64,000 nt of DNA, taken from assembly GCA_030141605.1 (NCBI GenBank), contig JAQGDQ010000216.1, positions 1-64,000 of the forward strand. The letters run 5' to 3'. Below, piece after piece: positions 43,787 through 54,231 of the stretch (the first letter of the stretch is position 1; every line of letters starts with the position of its first letter). Source of the DNA: Tubiluchus corallicola. Lineage: Eukaryota; Animalia; Priapulida. Position numbers and translations under genes: made by a program. Under the pieces are notes generated by a model, which had not been told where the DNA came from, did not search any database, and was given only the letters and a program-made list of their open reading frames with translations.

Positions 43787-44833
43787 ATGAAGCTTAAAAG
43801 CGAAGAACTTGCACGCACCAGCAAGGGAGAAGCGATTTTTTTATATACTCTCCGTAATGACTACGGGATTACAGTCAAAATTATTAATTATGGAGCGACA
43901 ATAACCTCCATTACCATGCCGGACAGAAATGGTAACATAGACAATATTGTTCTGGGGTTTAGCTCACCTGAAGACTATTTTTCCGAAAACTATATCGCCA
44001 ACTGTCCCTGCTTTGGCTGTGTATGCGGGCGATATGCAAATCGGATATCAAAAGGCAAGTTTTCACTTAATGGGAAAGAGTATACACTCGCGGTGAATAA
44101 CGGAGCAAACCATCTACATGGAGGAGTCAAAGGGTTTGATAAAGTAATGTGGAGCTCTGAAAAGGTTGAAAAGCCCGGTATAGTTGGCGTTGAGATGAGC
44201 TATCTAAGCCCGCACATGGAAGAGGGGTACCCAGGAAATTACAGTGTGAAAGTAGCATACACGTTAAACAATGATGGCGAGCTACAGATTGCGTACGAAG
44301 CAACAACAGACAAGCCTACAGTACATAACCTTACAAACCATACCTACTTCAACCTTCTGGGGAGGGGAGATATTTTTAACCACACATTACAAATATATGC
44401 AAAGAGGTATACAGTGACAGATAAAACATTAATACCTACCGGAGAGATTGCCAACGTAAAAAATACGCCCTTCGATTTTACCAGCCCCCACGAAATCGGG
44501 GCAAAAATAGATGAGCTGAAAGAAGGCTATGACTTAAACTATATCTTGGAAAACAACGGAGGAGGGCTAATAAAGGCCTGCACTCTGTCGGAGAAGCTAT
44601 CAGGAAGGGTTGTAAAAATATTTACTACAGAGCCCGCAATGCAGTTTTATAGCGGATACTATATTGGCGAGATAGAGGGGAAAAACGGAGAAAAGTTTGG
44701 AAGGTACTCAGGATTAGCATTGGAAACACAGCACTATCCGGACTCTCCAAATCATCCCAACTTCCCAACCTCCGAGCTCCATCCAGGGGAGGTCTTTCAG
44801 TCAAAAACTATCTACAAATTTGAAACTTTATAA
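43787..44833 (+). CDS. galM: Aldose 1-epimerase (galactose mutarotase)
   Basis: GRYANRI, NHLHGG..GFD, EGYPG, NLTNHTYFNL and LETQHYPDSPN; start set at ATG 43787. Confidence 0.94.
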   Translation: MKLKSEELARTSKGEAIFLYTLRNDYGITVKIINYGATITSITMPDRNGNIDNIVLGFSSPEDYFSENYIANCPCFGCVCGRYANRISKGKFSLNGKEYTLAVNNGANHLHGGVKGFDKVMWSSEKVEKPGIVGVEMSYLSPHMEEGYPGNYSVKVAYTLNNDGELQIAYEATTDKPTVHNLTNHTYFNLLGRGDIFNHTLQIYAKRYTVTDKTLIPTGEIANVKNTPFDFTSPHEIGAKIDELKEGYDLNYILENNGGGLIKACTLSEKLSGRVVKIFTTEPAMQFYSGYYIGEIEGKNGEKFGRYSGLALETQHYPDSPNHPNFPTSELHPGEVFQSKTIYKFETL

Positions 44834-44876
44834 GCACGTTCAACAGAACGAGACCCATGCAAAATTCATCCTTTTA

Positions 44877-46173
44877 CAATAGTGTCCATTAAAAAGTAAA
44901 AAACGTTCTTTTAAATTATAGTATATCTGAATTTTACAGCGATATTTAAACGGTGACGATTTGAATCCTTTATGTTTGCGGAAATTATTTTCTGTGATGA
45001 ATAAAGGTAAATATGTTTTTGCCCAATTGAGCATGTTTCTGCCCCGACGGGTATTTGATAAATTCGTTTCTAAATATTCCGGCAACAGGTACATCAAGCA
45101 TTTTACATGTTGGAACCAGTTGCTCTGTATGATATTTGGTCAGTTAACAAACAGGGATAGTTTACGAGACCTGACTGTTGCGGTAAATGCACACAGCAAC
45201 AAAACTTACCATCTTGGTTTTGGCAAGAGCGTATCCCGCAGCAATCTTGCTAAAGCCAATGAAAAAAGGAACAGCAAGATTTTTGAGGAATTTGCATACT
45301 ACATGATTGATGTAGCGCGCAAAAAACTATCAAACGACACCTTTAAGATCAAAGGCAAGGTATATGCATTTGATTCATCAACGATAGACTTGTGCCTGAA
45401 TATATTCTGGTGGGCAAAGTTTCGCAAGAAAAAAGGAGGAATAAAGCTTCATACCTTGTTTGATGTTACAATACAAATACCAGTGTTTGTGCATATCACA
45501 GAAGCTTCCGTACACGATGTCAATGCAATGGACGTGATACCTTACGAAGCAAACGCTTATTATGTGTTTGACCGGGGGTATGTCGATTTTAAACGGCTTT
45601 TCAGAATAACAAACCTCTCTGCATATTTCGTCGTCAGAGCCAAGTCCAACCTTAAATTTAAACGGATGTATTCAAATCCCGTTGACAAGAGCACAGGTGT
45701 AAAGTGCGACCAAATAGGCAAACTAACTGGCTTCTATCAATCTAAGGATTACCCCGAAAAAATCAGGAGGATAAAGTTCTATGATGAAGAAACCTCAAGA
45801 GAATTCATTTTCTTGACCAACAATTTTGAGCTTTCCGCAGAAGATATCGCTTACTTATACAAAAACAGATGGCAAGTAGAGCTGTTCTTCAAATGGATAA
45901 AGCAACATTTAAAAGTTAAAAACTTTTGGGGCAATTCCGAAAATGCAGTTAGAATACAAATTTACTCTGCAATCATAACATACTGTTTGGTTGCCATTGT
46001 GGGGCATGACCTAAACCTTAAGAGTTCAACTTACGAAATTCTACAGATTTTAGGCATCTCCTTATTTGATAAATCACCTATAAATGAGCTGTTTATAAAA
46101 CTAGATTACAATAATGTCAAAGAACGAGATAATAATCAACTGTCAATCAGTATGTTTTAAGTGGACAGTAGTG
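44877..46173 (+). mobile_element. IS4 family insertion sequence
   Basis: Imperfect terminal inverted repeats CAATAGTGTCCATTAAAA (44877-44894) and TTTTAAGTGGACAGTAGTG (46155-46173) around an intact transposase; no target duplication visible. Confidence 0.88.
44997..46160 (+). CDS. IS4 family transposase (DUF4372 + DDE)
   Basis: MNKGKYVFAQ start, FDSSTIDL, FDRGY and the IS4 YREK motif Y.NRWQVELFFKWIKQHL; stop codon lies in the right IR. Confidence 0.93.
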   Translation: MNKGKYVFAQLSMFLPRRVFDKFVSKYSGNRYIKHFTCWNQLLCMIFGQLTNRDSLRDLTVAVNAHSNKTYHLGFGKSVSRSNLAKANEKRNSKIFEEFAYYMIDVARKKLSNDTFKIKGKVYAFDSSTIDLCLNIFWWAKFRKKKGGIKLHTLFDVTIQIPVFVHITEASVHDVNAMDVIPYEANAYYVFDRGYVDFKRLFRITNLSAYFVVRAKSNLKFKRMYSNPVDKSTGVKCDQIGKLTGFYQSKDYPEKIRRIKFYDEETSREFIFLTNNFELSAEDIAYLYKNRWQVELFFKWIKQHLKVKNFWGNSENAVRIQIYSAIITYCLVAIVGHDLNLKSSTYEILQILGISLFDKSPINELFIKLDYNNVKERDNNQLSISMF

Positions 46174-46191
46174 ATCACAACATAAAGCTAA

Positions 46192-46521
46192 AACTTAGCG
46201 AATTATAGTGACCTGAACAGCAAGGATTACAGTATCTTCCGTGCAAAACCTTGCAGATTATGATAGGAAAATCGTCAAAACAAAATCAGGTGGATCTTAC
46301 AAACTCTGCGAAACAGTGTCAGGAAAAACTGTCTTTAAGGATTTTTCATCAAAAGCATTTACAGACTTGACTTCTTGCCTCTTTTGTATCAAGAATATAC
46401 TACATCAAAAACAATTGTATAACCATCAATACGAATTGTATCGTTTTTAAAGCCTTCGGAGGGATTTATTGTATCTCAGATCAAAATATACAAATAGTAA
46501 ACTTTTATCTCAATAAAAACT
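46192..46521. repeat. Long non-coding dispersed repeat, copy 2 (continues at 48185-48206 after IS1634)
   Basis: Inverted homology to 38650-39158; lacks most of the palindromic module of copy 1. Confidence 0.85.
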
Positions 46522-48165
46522 CCTGTTTTGTGCACCACAACGACGCCCCAAGAATGCACTATTGATTATCAGCAAGATAGGAATTTCAAATTTGCATTTT
46601 GGGTGCTGCATGCTTAATTTTATGCATGTTTGTCCGAAAAAATAAGAATCGGGAGTGGTTCTGTGAGTGTACAGATAATCTCAAAAAATCATGGTAAATA
46701 TAAGGTTGTAAAAACCGTAGGTTGCGCAAAAACAAAGCGGGAAGAAGAATTGCTTTTATTGCTTGCCAACACAGAGATAGAGCGGCTTAGGGGCATGCAA
46801 TCGCTTTTTGTTGAACACGATGATTTGGTGGTTGAAAACTTTGTGGGCAGCATTGCAAACAATCATTTACAAGTTGTAGGAAGTGAATTAATTTTAGGCA
46901 AAATTTATCAAGTCTTTAACTTTCCGGATGATGGGTGCTGCAATTATTTTCGCAACCTGGTATTATGTCGGTTAGTGTACCCGGGAAGCAAATTAAAAAC
47001 CGTTGACTATTTTAGACAGCACCTGAATACAGATGTTAGCGTACACACTATTTATCGTTTCCTTGACGAGCTAAATACAAGTTTAAAGCCACAAATTGAA
47101 CAACTTACCTTTAAGCACACCAGGAAGCTACTAAAAGGAAAGATAAGTATCGCATTTTATGATATGACCACATTGTATTTTGAGGCATCAGAAGAAGATG
47201 ACTACCGTATTCCCGGATTCAACAAAGATGGCAAGCATCAACAACCGCAAATAATGATAGGTTTACTGGTGGGTAAATATGGATACCCGATTGGCTATCA
47301 AATATTCGAGGGAAACACCTCTGAAACAAAAACACTAATCCCTGTTCTGGAAGCCTTTCAAAATAAATTTAATATCGAAAGGCCTATTGTAGTTGCCGAT
47401 GCAGCTTTACTCTCGCAGAAGAACATAAATGCCTTGATTGAAAACAAATACGAGTACATACTTGGAGGACGGATAAAGAATGAAAGTCAAAAAATAAAAG
47501 AAAAAATTATAGCTCTTGATATTAAAGAAAACAAGCCAGTTGAGTTGAAAAACAAGAATGGAAGGTTGATTATCAGCTTCTCAGAAAAAAGAGCCTTCAA
47601 CGATAAAAAAACAGAGAGAAGGGCTTAAAAAGACTTGAAAAACGTGTTGCTTCCGGCAAGCTAACAAAGAATCGCATAAATAATCGCGGGTATAATAAAT
47701 ATCTGAATCTGTCGGGGGAGATTGCCGTTAAAATCGACTACGATAAGTTCCAGTCAGATAGAGTTTGGGATGGGTTGAAGGGTTATGTAACCAATACCCA
47801 TTTACCGAGAAAAGATGTTATCGGGAATTATAGTCAGTTGTGGCAAGTGGAAAAAGCTTTTCGTATATCAAAAACTGATTTACGAATACGGCCAGTTTAT
47901 CACCGCTTAAAAGAACGCATTGAAGCCCATATCTGTATTTGTTTCACAGCCTATGCCATTTACAAAGAGCTGGAAAGGTTATTGAAGGCAAATAATATTG
48001 ATATCTCTGCTGAAAAAGCCTTGGAACAAATCCGGCAGATCAGGCAGCTGCAATACACTCTGCCCAAATCGAAACAAGTCAGAACAAAAATATTACAGCC
48101 AACTGAAATGCAAAAAAAGTTGTTAAATATGAAATTATAAACTTGGGTGCTGCAATGCACAAAAC
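46522..48165 (+). mobile_element. IS1634 family insertion sequence, decayed
   Basis: Left end CCTGTTTTGTGCA, right end TGCACAAAAC lacking the terminal AGG; subterminal TTGGGTGCTGCA at 46599 and 48143; 23-bp direct repeat at 46499-46521 and 48162-48184. Confidence 0.85.
46626..48140 (+). pseudogene. IS1634 family transposase, two frameshifts
   Basis: MFVRKNKNR/SGSVSVQII has one extra base near 46653; DKK/NREKGLKRLEK lacks one A at 47605-47611; motifs FYDMTTLYFE, VVADAAL, WDGLKGYVTN and Y..LWQVEKAFRISK. Confidence 0.88.
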
Positions 48166-48254
48166 TTTTATCTCAATAAAAACTAATTCTTATGGGATAA
48201 CTAATTGTTTTTGAAATGAATCGGGGTGCTCTTTATTGAGAAGGCCTAGCGATG

Positions 48255-50492
48255 TTAACTCTCAAGCGAGTAGCGTAGCTGATCGAGCATTATAGATATA
48301 TCTTCGGGTTTTACTCCCTGTTTAATAAGATGGCTTTGGTCCTCTGCAAATGCCTCCATAAACTCTTTTTCCGAGTTGTTTTTACTGCGTATGCTCCGCT
48401 TGTAGAACTCAAGGGCTTTTTTACGCCTTCCGAGGCACCACTGCACGTGCCCCATATTCATCAATTCGAACTTTCCGGGATTTTTTTCAATGATTTTGTT
48501 ATAGTATTTTTCCGATTGTTTAAGCTTCCCCTCCAGAAATGAACACCAGCCAATAGGATGCCACACTTTTTCATTTTTGGGTGACAGGTATTCGACCTTA
48601 AAGTAACACTTTGATGCTTCACTATATTTTTTAAGGTCAAGATAGCAGTGCCCTATTGAGATATGTATGCTGGTATTTTCGGGGTCCAGCTTTTCCGCCT
48701 GTTTATAATATTTCAGTGCATTTTTATACTGCTTTAAATTTCTGTAGCACAATGCAATTTTCCTAAGCGTCCACACCTTATTTAGCTCAAAGAGCTCAGC
48801 CTTGAGGTAGTAGTCCAGTGCAGTGCTGTAGTCACCCTGCTTTTGGTAACAGAATGCTGTTTTTTGAAGTAGTTCGCCATCTTTTTTCTCCTTTAGTAGC
48901 AGCAGGAAAATAGGAACAGCTTCTGCAAAGTAATTCTTTGCAAAATTATACTCCGCAATGTTTCGTAGCAGGTTACGGTCTTCTCTCAGTATCTTACGCA
49001 ACCCCTCCCTGTTGTGAAAGTCAAACTGCCAGTTAAATATATCTTCAAAGTCCTTGTTATAAGGAAATAGTTTAAAAAAACGATACAGATCCTGAATGTA
49101 TAAATTGGAAGCAACCTCAGCTTTTCTCCCTGGAGTTGCCATTGAGTCATCTTTCTCTATCTCATTCACCTGGTCCAGCTCTGCCTGTATCATATCAGAC
49201 ATCATGCTTGTATGATCTCGAGGAATATTTTGAAGACTAAGGCAGAAAGAGTATTTGTCTGAGTTGCACAGAATGGGTGACTTGGCTATCGACTCTATCA
49301 ATTGGCTGCTTATAACACCGCCGCTAATATTAGTGATATGTGCAACTTCAGGGTGCCATGGGAAAAACGGAATGAACCAATTAATGATTCTATCGAAAAA
49401 AGGGAACTGTTTAAGTGCTGAAAAAGAGCTCATAAATACATCGGCACCTTCCATTTGAAGCTCTGAAAGCTCTTCCATTTTGTTCATCAACTCAGGGGAG
49501 TCTTTAAAAATATCTTCCCACTCTGGGTTTTTATCCTCTGCAGAACCTTCACCTATTAGCCCCTCCATATTTAGCTTATTCCTTATATTGGGACTTAGCT
49601 TCATCATTTCAGGAAGCACTTCATCTTGCAGTTTACGTTGAATCTTTTCAGTCTCCTTGCTTCTTATAAACTGCAGAATTATCTTCTCAAGACTACGCTT
49701 AAAGTCCGGAGCTTCGGTCATTATTTCAAACCTTCCGGTAATTTGCGGATAGAAGGACATGCGCAGATCATAGATATACAAAGAAATAAGTAGTCCTGTC
49801 AGTGCTCTTTGCCGCACCTCTTCGCTATTTTTATTATTAAAGGCTTCAAAGAGCAGCATAAACTTCTGATGATCGAAATATCTTATAAGGCTGAGGGTTA
49901 TTGCTGATACTATCAGAGACTTTTCGCAGGAGGGGAGGGTTGCACTTGTCAAGCCTTTTTTTGCAAAAGTATTCTCTTCTTCTGATAAGGTGTTGCTAAA
50001 CCAAAGGTGGTGAAATATGTCAGATAGCAACTCCAGGTGTTTTATACCCTTTTCTACGCTCTCCTTTTTATTTGCGGAGCCAGCTTCCTCTATAAGTATC
50101 TTCAGCTCCATATTGAAATGGTGTTCCTCCAGGGCAGTGAGTGTTGCATCAGCCACTATAATGTGTCCGGAGAACTCGCGCTTGCGCTGGTATATGTATG
50201 ATTGTGAATAGTTTACTTTAAGGCTTTCAACTAACTTGTCGGTGAGTTCAAATGTTGAAACAAGCAGGTGCTGGTATATTTTTTGCCTTTCAGGATCATT
50301 GACACCCTCCACCGTGTAACTGAGCATATACTTATAAGTCTGCTCAAGGTTATATAACTCATCATTTACCTTCCCTTCTCCTGCTTCCGAGGTTATCTTT
50401 TTGAGCAGGTCAAAGGCCGGCTTCAGCTTTTTTCCCGACAATAGATGATAAATATTATCGCTTGCTTCTTTTATGCCGGCTTGAGTCATCAT
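48255..50492 (-). CDS. Tetratricopeptide repeat protein
   Basis: C-terminal TPR repeats; conserved-looking LCNSDKYS and LQMEGADV blocks; no signal peptide. Confidence 0.85.
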   Translation of the reverse strand: MMTQAGIKEASDNIYHLLSGKKLKPAFDLLKKITSEAGEGKVNDELYNLEQTYKYMLSYTVEGVNDPERQKIYQHLLVSTFELTDKLVESLKVNYSQSYIYQRKREFSGHIIVADATLTALEEHHFNMELKILIEEAGSANKKESVEKGIKHLELLSDIFHHLWFSNTLSEEENTFAKKGLTSATLPSCEKSLIVSAITLSLIRYFDHQKFMLLFEAFNNKNSEEVRQRALTGLLISLYIYDLRMSFYPQITGRFEIMTEAPDFKRSLEKIILQFIRSKETEKIQRKLQDEVLPEMMKLSPNIRNKLNMEGLIGEGSAEDKNPEWEDIFKDSPELMNKMEELSELQMEGADVFMSSFSALKQFPFFDRIINWFIPFFPWHPEVAHITNISGGVISSQLIESIAKSPILCNSDKYSFCLSLQNIPRDHTSMMSDMIQAELDQVNEIEKDDSMATPGRKAEVASNLYIQDLYRFFKLFPYNKDFEDIFNWQFDFHNREGLRKILREDRNLLRNIAEYNFAKNYFAEAVPIFLLLLKEKKDGELLQKTAFCYQKQGDYSTALDYYLKAELFELNKVWTLRKIALCYRNLKQYKNALKYYKQAEKLDPENTSIHISIGHCYLDLKKYSEASKCYFKVEYLSPKNEKVWHPIGWCSFLEGKLKQSEKYYNKIIEKNPGKFELMNMGHVQWCLGRRKKALEFYKRSIRSKNNSEKEFMEAFAEDQSHLIKQGVKPEDISIMLDQLRYSLES

Positions 50493-50579
50493 AAGGCCAT
50501 CAAAATTACCTGAAAATATTCAAATATCAATAAAAAAGTAAAAACAGGTGCGACTTTTTGGGTGTCCAGCCGTTCCGGT

Positions 50580-50665
50580 AGACTTTGAAACGATAAACTA
50601 CGGTTCCTTCATCAAACTTTTCCTTCGCATGAAATCGGGAGGCACTTTTTGCGTTGCAAAGGCTC
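50580..50665 (+). repeat. MITE-like element, partial copy I
   Basis: ATAAACTACGG (also in copy A), TTCATCAAACTTTTCC and end GCGTTGCAAAGGCTC. Confidence 0.6.
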
Positions 50666-50709
50666 TGGCTATTTATCCTCTACCCAGCTGTTCAGAGTTC
50701 TGAAAATTT

Positions 50710-53700
50710 TTAAGACGATGGTGATTTAGGTAATTTACCATTCACCTTTGCAAAAAAGTATTTTGTCTTTACTATAAGAATATACATTACCGGAGCTATT
50801 ATCAGCGTGAGGAATGTTGCAAATACAAGTCCAAAAATAACTGTCCATGCCATAGGGCTCCAGAATGCGCTCATAGGGCCACCAAAGTACAGGTTCGGAT
50901 CGTAACTTTTAAAGAGTCCCAGGAAGTCGAAATTCATTCCTGTAGCCAGGGGCAAAAGCCCCAGTACGGTGGTTATAGCAGTAAGCAGAACAGGGCGCAG
51001 CCTAGTTTTACCGGCCTCTACTATCAATGATACCATATTATCAGATGGCAGAAATGCATCTGGGGAACATGACAGCTTCTCCTTTTCTTTCTTTTGCAGC
51101 ATATCTATATAGTCTACAAGAACAATTCCGTTGTTTACAACGATACCGGCCAGAGATATAATACCTATACCTGTCATCAGTATAATAAACTCCATGTTAA
51201 ATATTGCCAGTCCGAGGAACACACCGCTGGTGCTAAACAGTACTGTTGCAATAATTATAAGTGGGAGAACTAATGAGTTAAACTGCGTTATCATGATAAG
51301 AAGAATAAGCGCAACAGCTATTAACATTGCTTGTGACAGAAACTCTGTAGTTTCTGCCTGCTCCTCCTGCTCTCCTGTAATACTGACACTGAAGCCTTTT
51401 GGCACATCGTATCTTTTTAGTGCCGTGCGAATACGGTCGTTAATCTCGTTTGAATTATACCCTTCTTTAACTTGACTGTATATGGTAACTACACGCTGGC
51501 TGTTAATTCTGTTAATCTTGTCATAGGATGTAGTGTACTCAAAACTGGCTACTGCTGAGATTGGCACCTTTTTTTTACCACCGTTGACATATATTTTTTG
51601 ATTCATTAAAGAGGACACATCATGTCTATACTGCGGAGCAAGCCTTAGCATAATATTATAGTCGTCTTCCCCATCTTTATACTTCCCCACTTCTCGGCCA
51701 TATAGTGCGCTACGGAGGGTATATGCAACCTGTTGAGTAGACATTCCAAAGCGCCTTACTTTATCCCGGTCTATGTCTACCCGCATCTCCGGGTTATCCA
51801 TATTAACATCAAATTTTAGCTGGTCTATCCCATCTATTTTTTCCTCCTCGATAAGGAGTTTAATTTCTGAAGCAGTCATCATCAACTGGTCAAAATCATC
51901 ACCGGCCACTTCAATATTGATAGGGTTACCGACAGGAGGACCCATACTCTCCTTCTCTATAAATATTTTTGCTCCTACAAAGTCAGATAAGCTTCTGGTA
52001 AGCTCCTGCATAACATATGATGTGTTTATGTCCTGCCTATCTTCATAGTCTATAAATGAAATTGTTGTAAGTGATTTGTTGGGTTCCCTATCTGCGCTAA
52101 AGAACTCTGCTTTGCCAACACCAACAACTGTATTGATCGACTTAACCACCTCTTTATAAGGCTCCAGGGTGTTGAACATAATTTCCTCAATCTCTTTTGA
52201 TATTTCATTGGAGCGCTCAATATCAGTTCCCATAGGTAGCTCCATAGTTATATATATAGATTCTGGATCTGTGTCGGGAAAGAACAGTACCTTGGGCTGC
52301 ATAATATTAAAGAAAGATATTGACATAAATAGAAGTGCAATAGCTCCCGCCAAAAAGAACCATGCATTATTTTTGATTAGAGAGTACTTCAGGACTCTCT
52401 CATAGCTTTTTTCAAGTCGGGGAAGGAGCTTCTCCTGGAAAACCCTTGCTGCCGGACGCATTACATAGTTATTAATAATAATAAGGATTGCAATTGCTGC
52501 CATGATATTGCCAAACATGACTTTCCCGCCGGTAAAAAAGAGTATGGACAGAAATGTAAAAACCAGTACGCTAATCCATAGTTTGCGATGCTTTTTGGCT
52601 GGCTGCATGTTTTCAACCTTCATAAGAGAAGACGTAAAGGCGGGGTTTAGTATAAGGGCCACAAAAAGCGATGACGAAAGTACAATTATCAGAGTTATGG
52701 GCAGGTACTTCATAAACTCACCCATAATATCGTCCCAGAAAACCAGAGGAAAGAATGCTGCCAATGTCGTTGCTGTAGATGCTATTATAGGGAATGCTAT
52801 TTCACTAACTCCCTTCTTTGTTGCCACCATCTTATTCATCCCCATTGTATGCAGGCGATATACATTTTCCACTACAACGATGGCATTGTCTACAAGCATT
52901 CCCAGTGCCAATATTAAAGCAAACAGCACCATGAAGTTCAGGGTGTATCCCATCCAGCGGATGGTGATAAAGGATATAAACATTGACATTGGTATGGCAA
53001 GCCCGGAAAAGAGAGCATTGCGTGGCCCCATAAACAGATATAGTATGATAATTACGAGAAGCACACCCATTATGATGGAGTTCTCCAGGTTGCTTATCTG
53101 ACTACGTATATGCGTTGACTGGTCGTCTGTAACAACGATGTTCAGGTTGGGGGGAAACCTGCCATCTCTTTTGTTTCTATCTATTACCTTATAGACGTTG
53201 TCAATAGCTTCAAGTATGTTGGCACCACTCTTTTTTACTACAGATATAGAGACAACAGGCTGATTGTTTAGGCGGGACACAGATGACAGCTCCTCAAAGC
53301 CATCTACAACCTCAGCTACATCTCGTAGATAAACGATGATGCCATCATCTGACTTTACAATGGTGTTGCGTATCTGCTCCATATTTGTATAGTCAGCTTC
53401 TGTACGTATAGAGCGACGGGTCTTATCCACAATTATCTCTCCTGCCCCCATAGTTATGTTTTCAAAATGTACAGCCTCTTCTATATCCTGGAAAGATACG
53501 CCTCTTGATTCAAGCAGGTGTGGATTGATATTGATCTGTATTTCCCTTTCGTCTACTCCCATTATATCAGCTTCCGAAATTTCTGAGAGAGATTCTAGTT
53601 GCTCCTGTAAGTCTTCTGCATACTGCTTTAGCTCTGCCAGGCTGAACTCCCCGTACATATTAATGCTCATCACAGGAAACTCTTCGAAGTCAAAGTCATC

Positions 53701-54144
53701 TACAAGGGGATCATCATCAAGATCAGATGGCAGTTCGTTTTTTGCTTTGTCAACCTGGTCTTTAGTATCGGCCAATGCTTCGCTAACAGGAACATTTGTC
53801 TCAAATTCAAGCAGGATAATGCTCATATCCTGGAATGATGCAGAGCTTAGATTTTTGACCCCTTTCAGGTTTTTTAGCTCCTTTTCTATGGGGCGAGTTA
53901 TGAGGTTTTCTATGTCTACAGATGAGTTCCCGGGGTATATTGTAGTAATTGTAATGTACGGGATAACTACTTCTGGATTTAGTTCCCGCGGCATTTTTTT
54001 GTAGGAAAAGGTGCCGAATAGAGCCAAAAGTATGGTGAGGATAAAGATTGTTGTCTTGTTTTTTAAGGCAACAAAAGTTGGCTTGAACTGCCGTGATATT
54101 TTTTCAGTATCGGAAGTATGATCTGTACGATTGTCAGTCGACAT
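50710..54144 (-). CDS. RND efflux transporter permease (AcrB/AcrD/AcrF family)
   Basis: GMLVDNAIVVVEN, GIVVNNGIVLVD and RLRPVLLTAITT; two large periplasmic loops. Confidence 0.94.
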   Translation of the reverse strand: MSTDNRTDHTSDTEKISRQFKPTFVALKNKTTIFILTILLALFGTFSYKKMPRELNPEVVIPYITITTIYPGNSSVDIENLITRPIEKELKNLKGVKNLSSASFQDMSIILLEFETNVPVSEALADTKDQVDKAKNELPSDLDDDPLVDDFDFEEFPVMSINMYGEFSLAELKQYAEDLQEQLESLSEISEADIMGVDEREIQININPHLLESRGVSFQDIEEAVHFENITMGAGEIIVDKTRRSIRTEADYTNMEQIRNTIVKSDDGIIVYLRDVAEVVDGFEELSSVSRLNNQPVVSISVVKKSGANILEAIDNVYKVIDRNKRDGRFPPNLNIVVTDDQSTHIRSQISNLENSIIMGVLLVIIILYLFMGPRNALFSGLAIPMSMFISFITIRWMGYTLNFMVLFALILALGMLVDNAIVVVENVYRLHTMGMNKMVATKKGVSEIAFPIIASTATTLAAFFPLVFWDDIMGEFMKYLPITLIIVLSSSLFVALILNPAFTSSLMKVENMQPAKKHRKLWISVLVFTFLSILFFTGGKVMFGNIMAAIAILIIINNYVMRPAARVFQEKLLPRLEKSYERVLKYSLIKNNAWFFLAGAIALLFMSISFFNIMQPKVLFFPDTDPESIYITMELPMGTDIERSNEISKEIEEIMFNTLEPYKEVVKSINTVVGVGKAEFFSADREPNKSLTTISFIDYEDRQDINTSYVMQELTRSLSDFVGAKIFIEKESMGPPVGNPINIEVAGDDFDQLMMTASEIKLLIEEEKIDGIDQLKFDVNMDNPEMRVDIDRDKVRRFGMSTQQVAYTLRSALYGREVGKYKDGEDDYNIMLRLAPQYRHDVSSLMNQKIYVNGGKKKVPISAVASFEYTTSYDKINRINSQRVVTIYSQVKEGYNSNEINDRIRTALKRYDVPKGFSVSITGEQEEQAETTEFLSQAMLIAVALILLIMITQFNSLVLPLIIIATVLFSTSGVFLGLAIFNMEFIILMTGIGIISLAGIVVNNGIVLVDYIDMLQKKEKEKLSCSPDAFLPSDNMVSLIVEAGKTRLRPVLLTAITTVLGLLPLATGMNFDFLGLFKSYDPNLYFGGPMSAFWSPMAWTVIFGLVFATFLTLIIAPVMYILIVKTKYFFAKVNGKLPKSPSS

Positions 54145-54231
54145 TTGTTTAATGTGTTAAAAGATTTACAATAAGGCAATCCAGGCAGGCTATACAGCAT
54201 ATCGCTTCGTTGCCACTCAAAAAAACATAAA

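Noticed and set aside
46241-46450. 69-aa ORF in the long repeat (also 38686-38868)
   Set aside because: The reading frames are not preserved between the two repeat copies.
47605-47611. Programmed -1 frameshift at the A7 run of the IS1634 transposase
   Set aside because: Not an in-frame X XXY YYZ heptamer, and the element has a second frameshift and a damaged end, so decay is the simpler reading.
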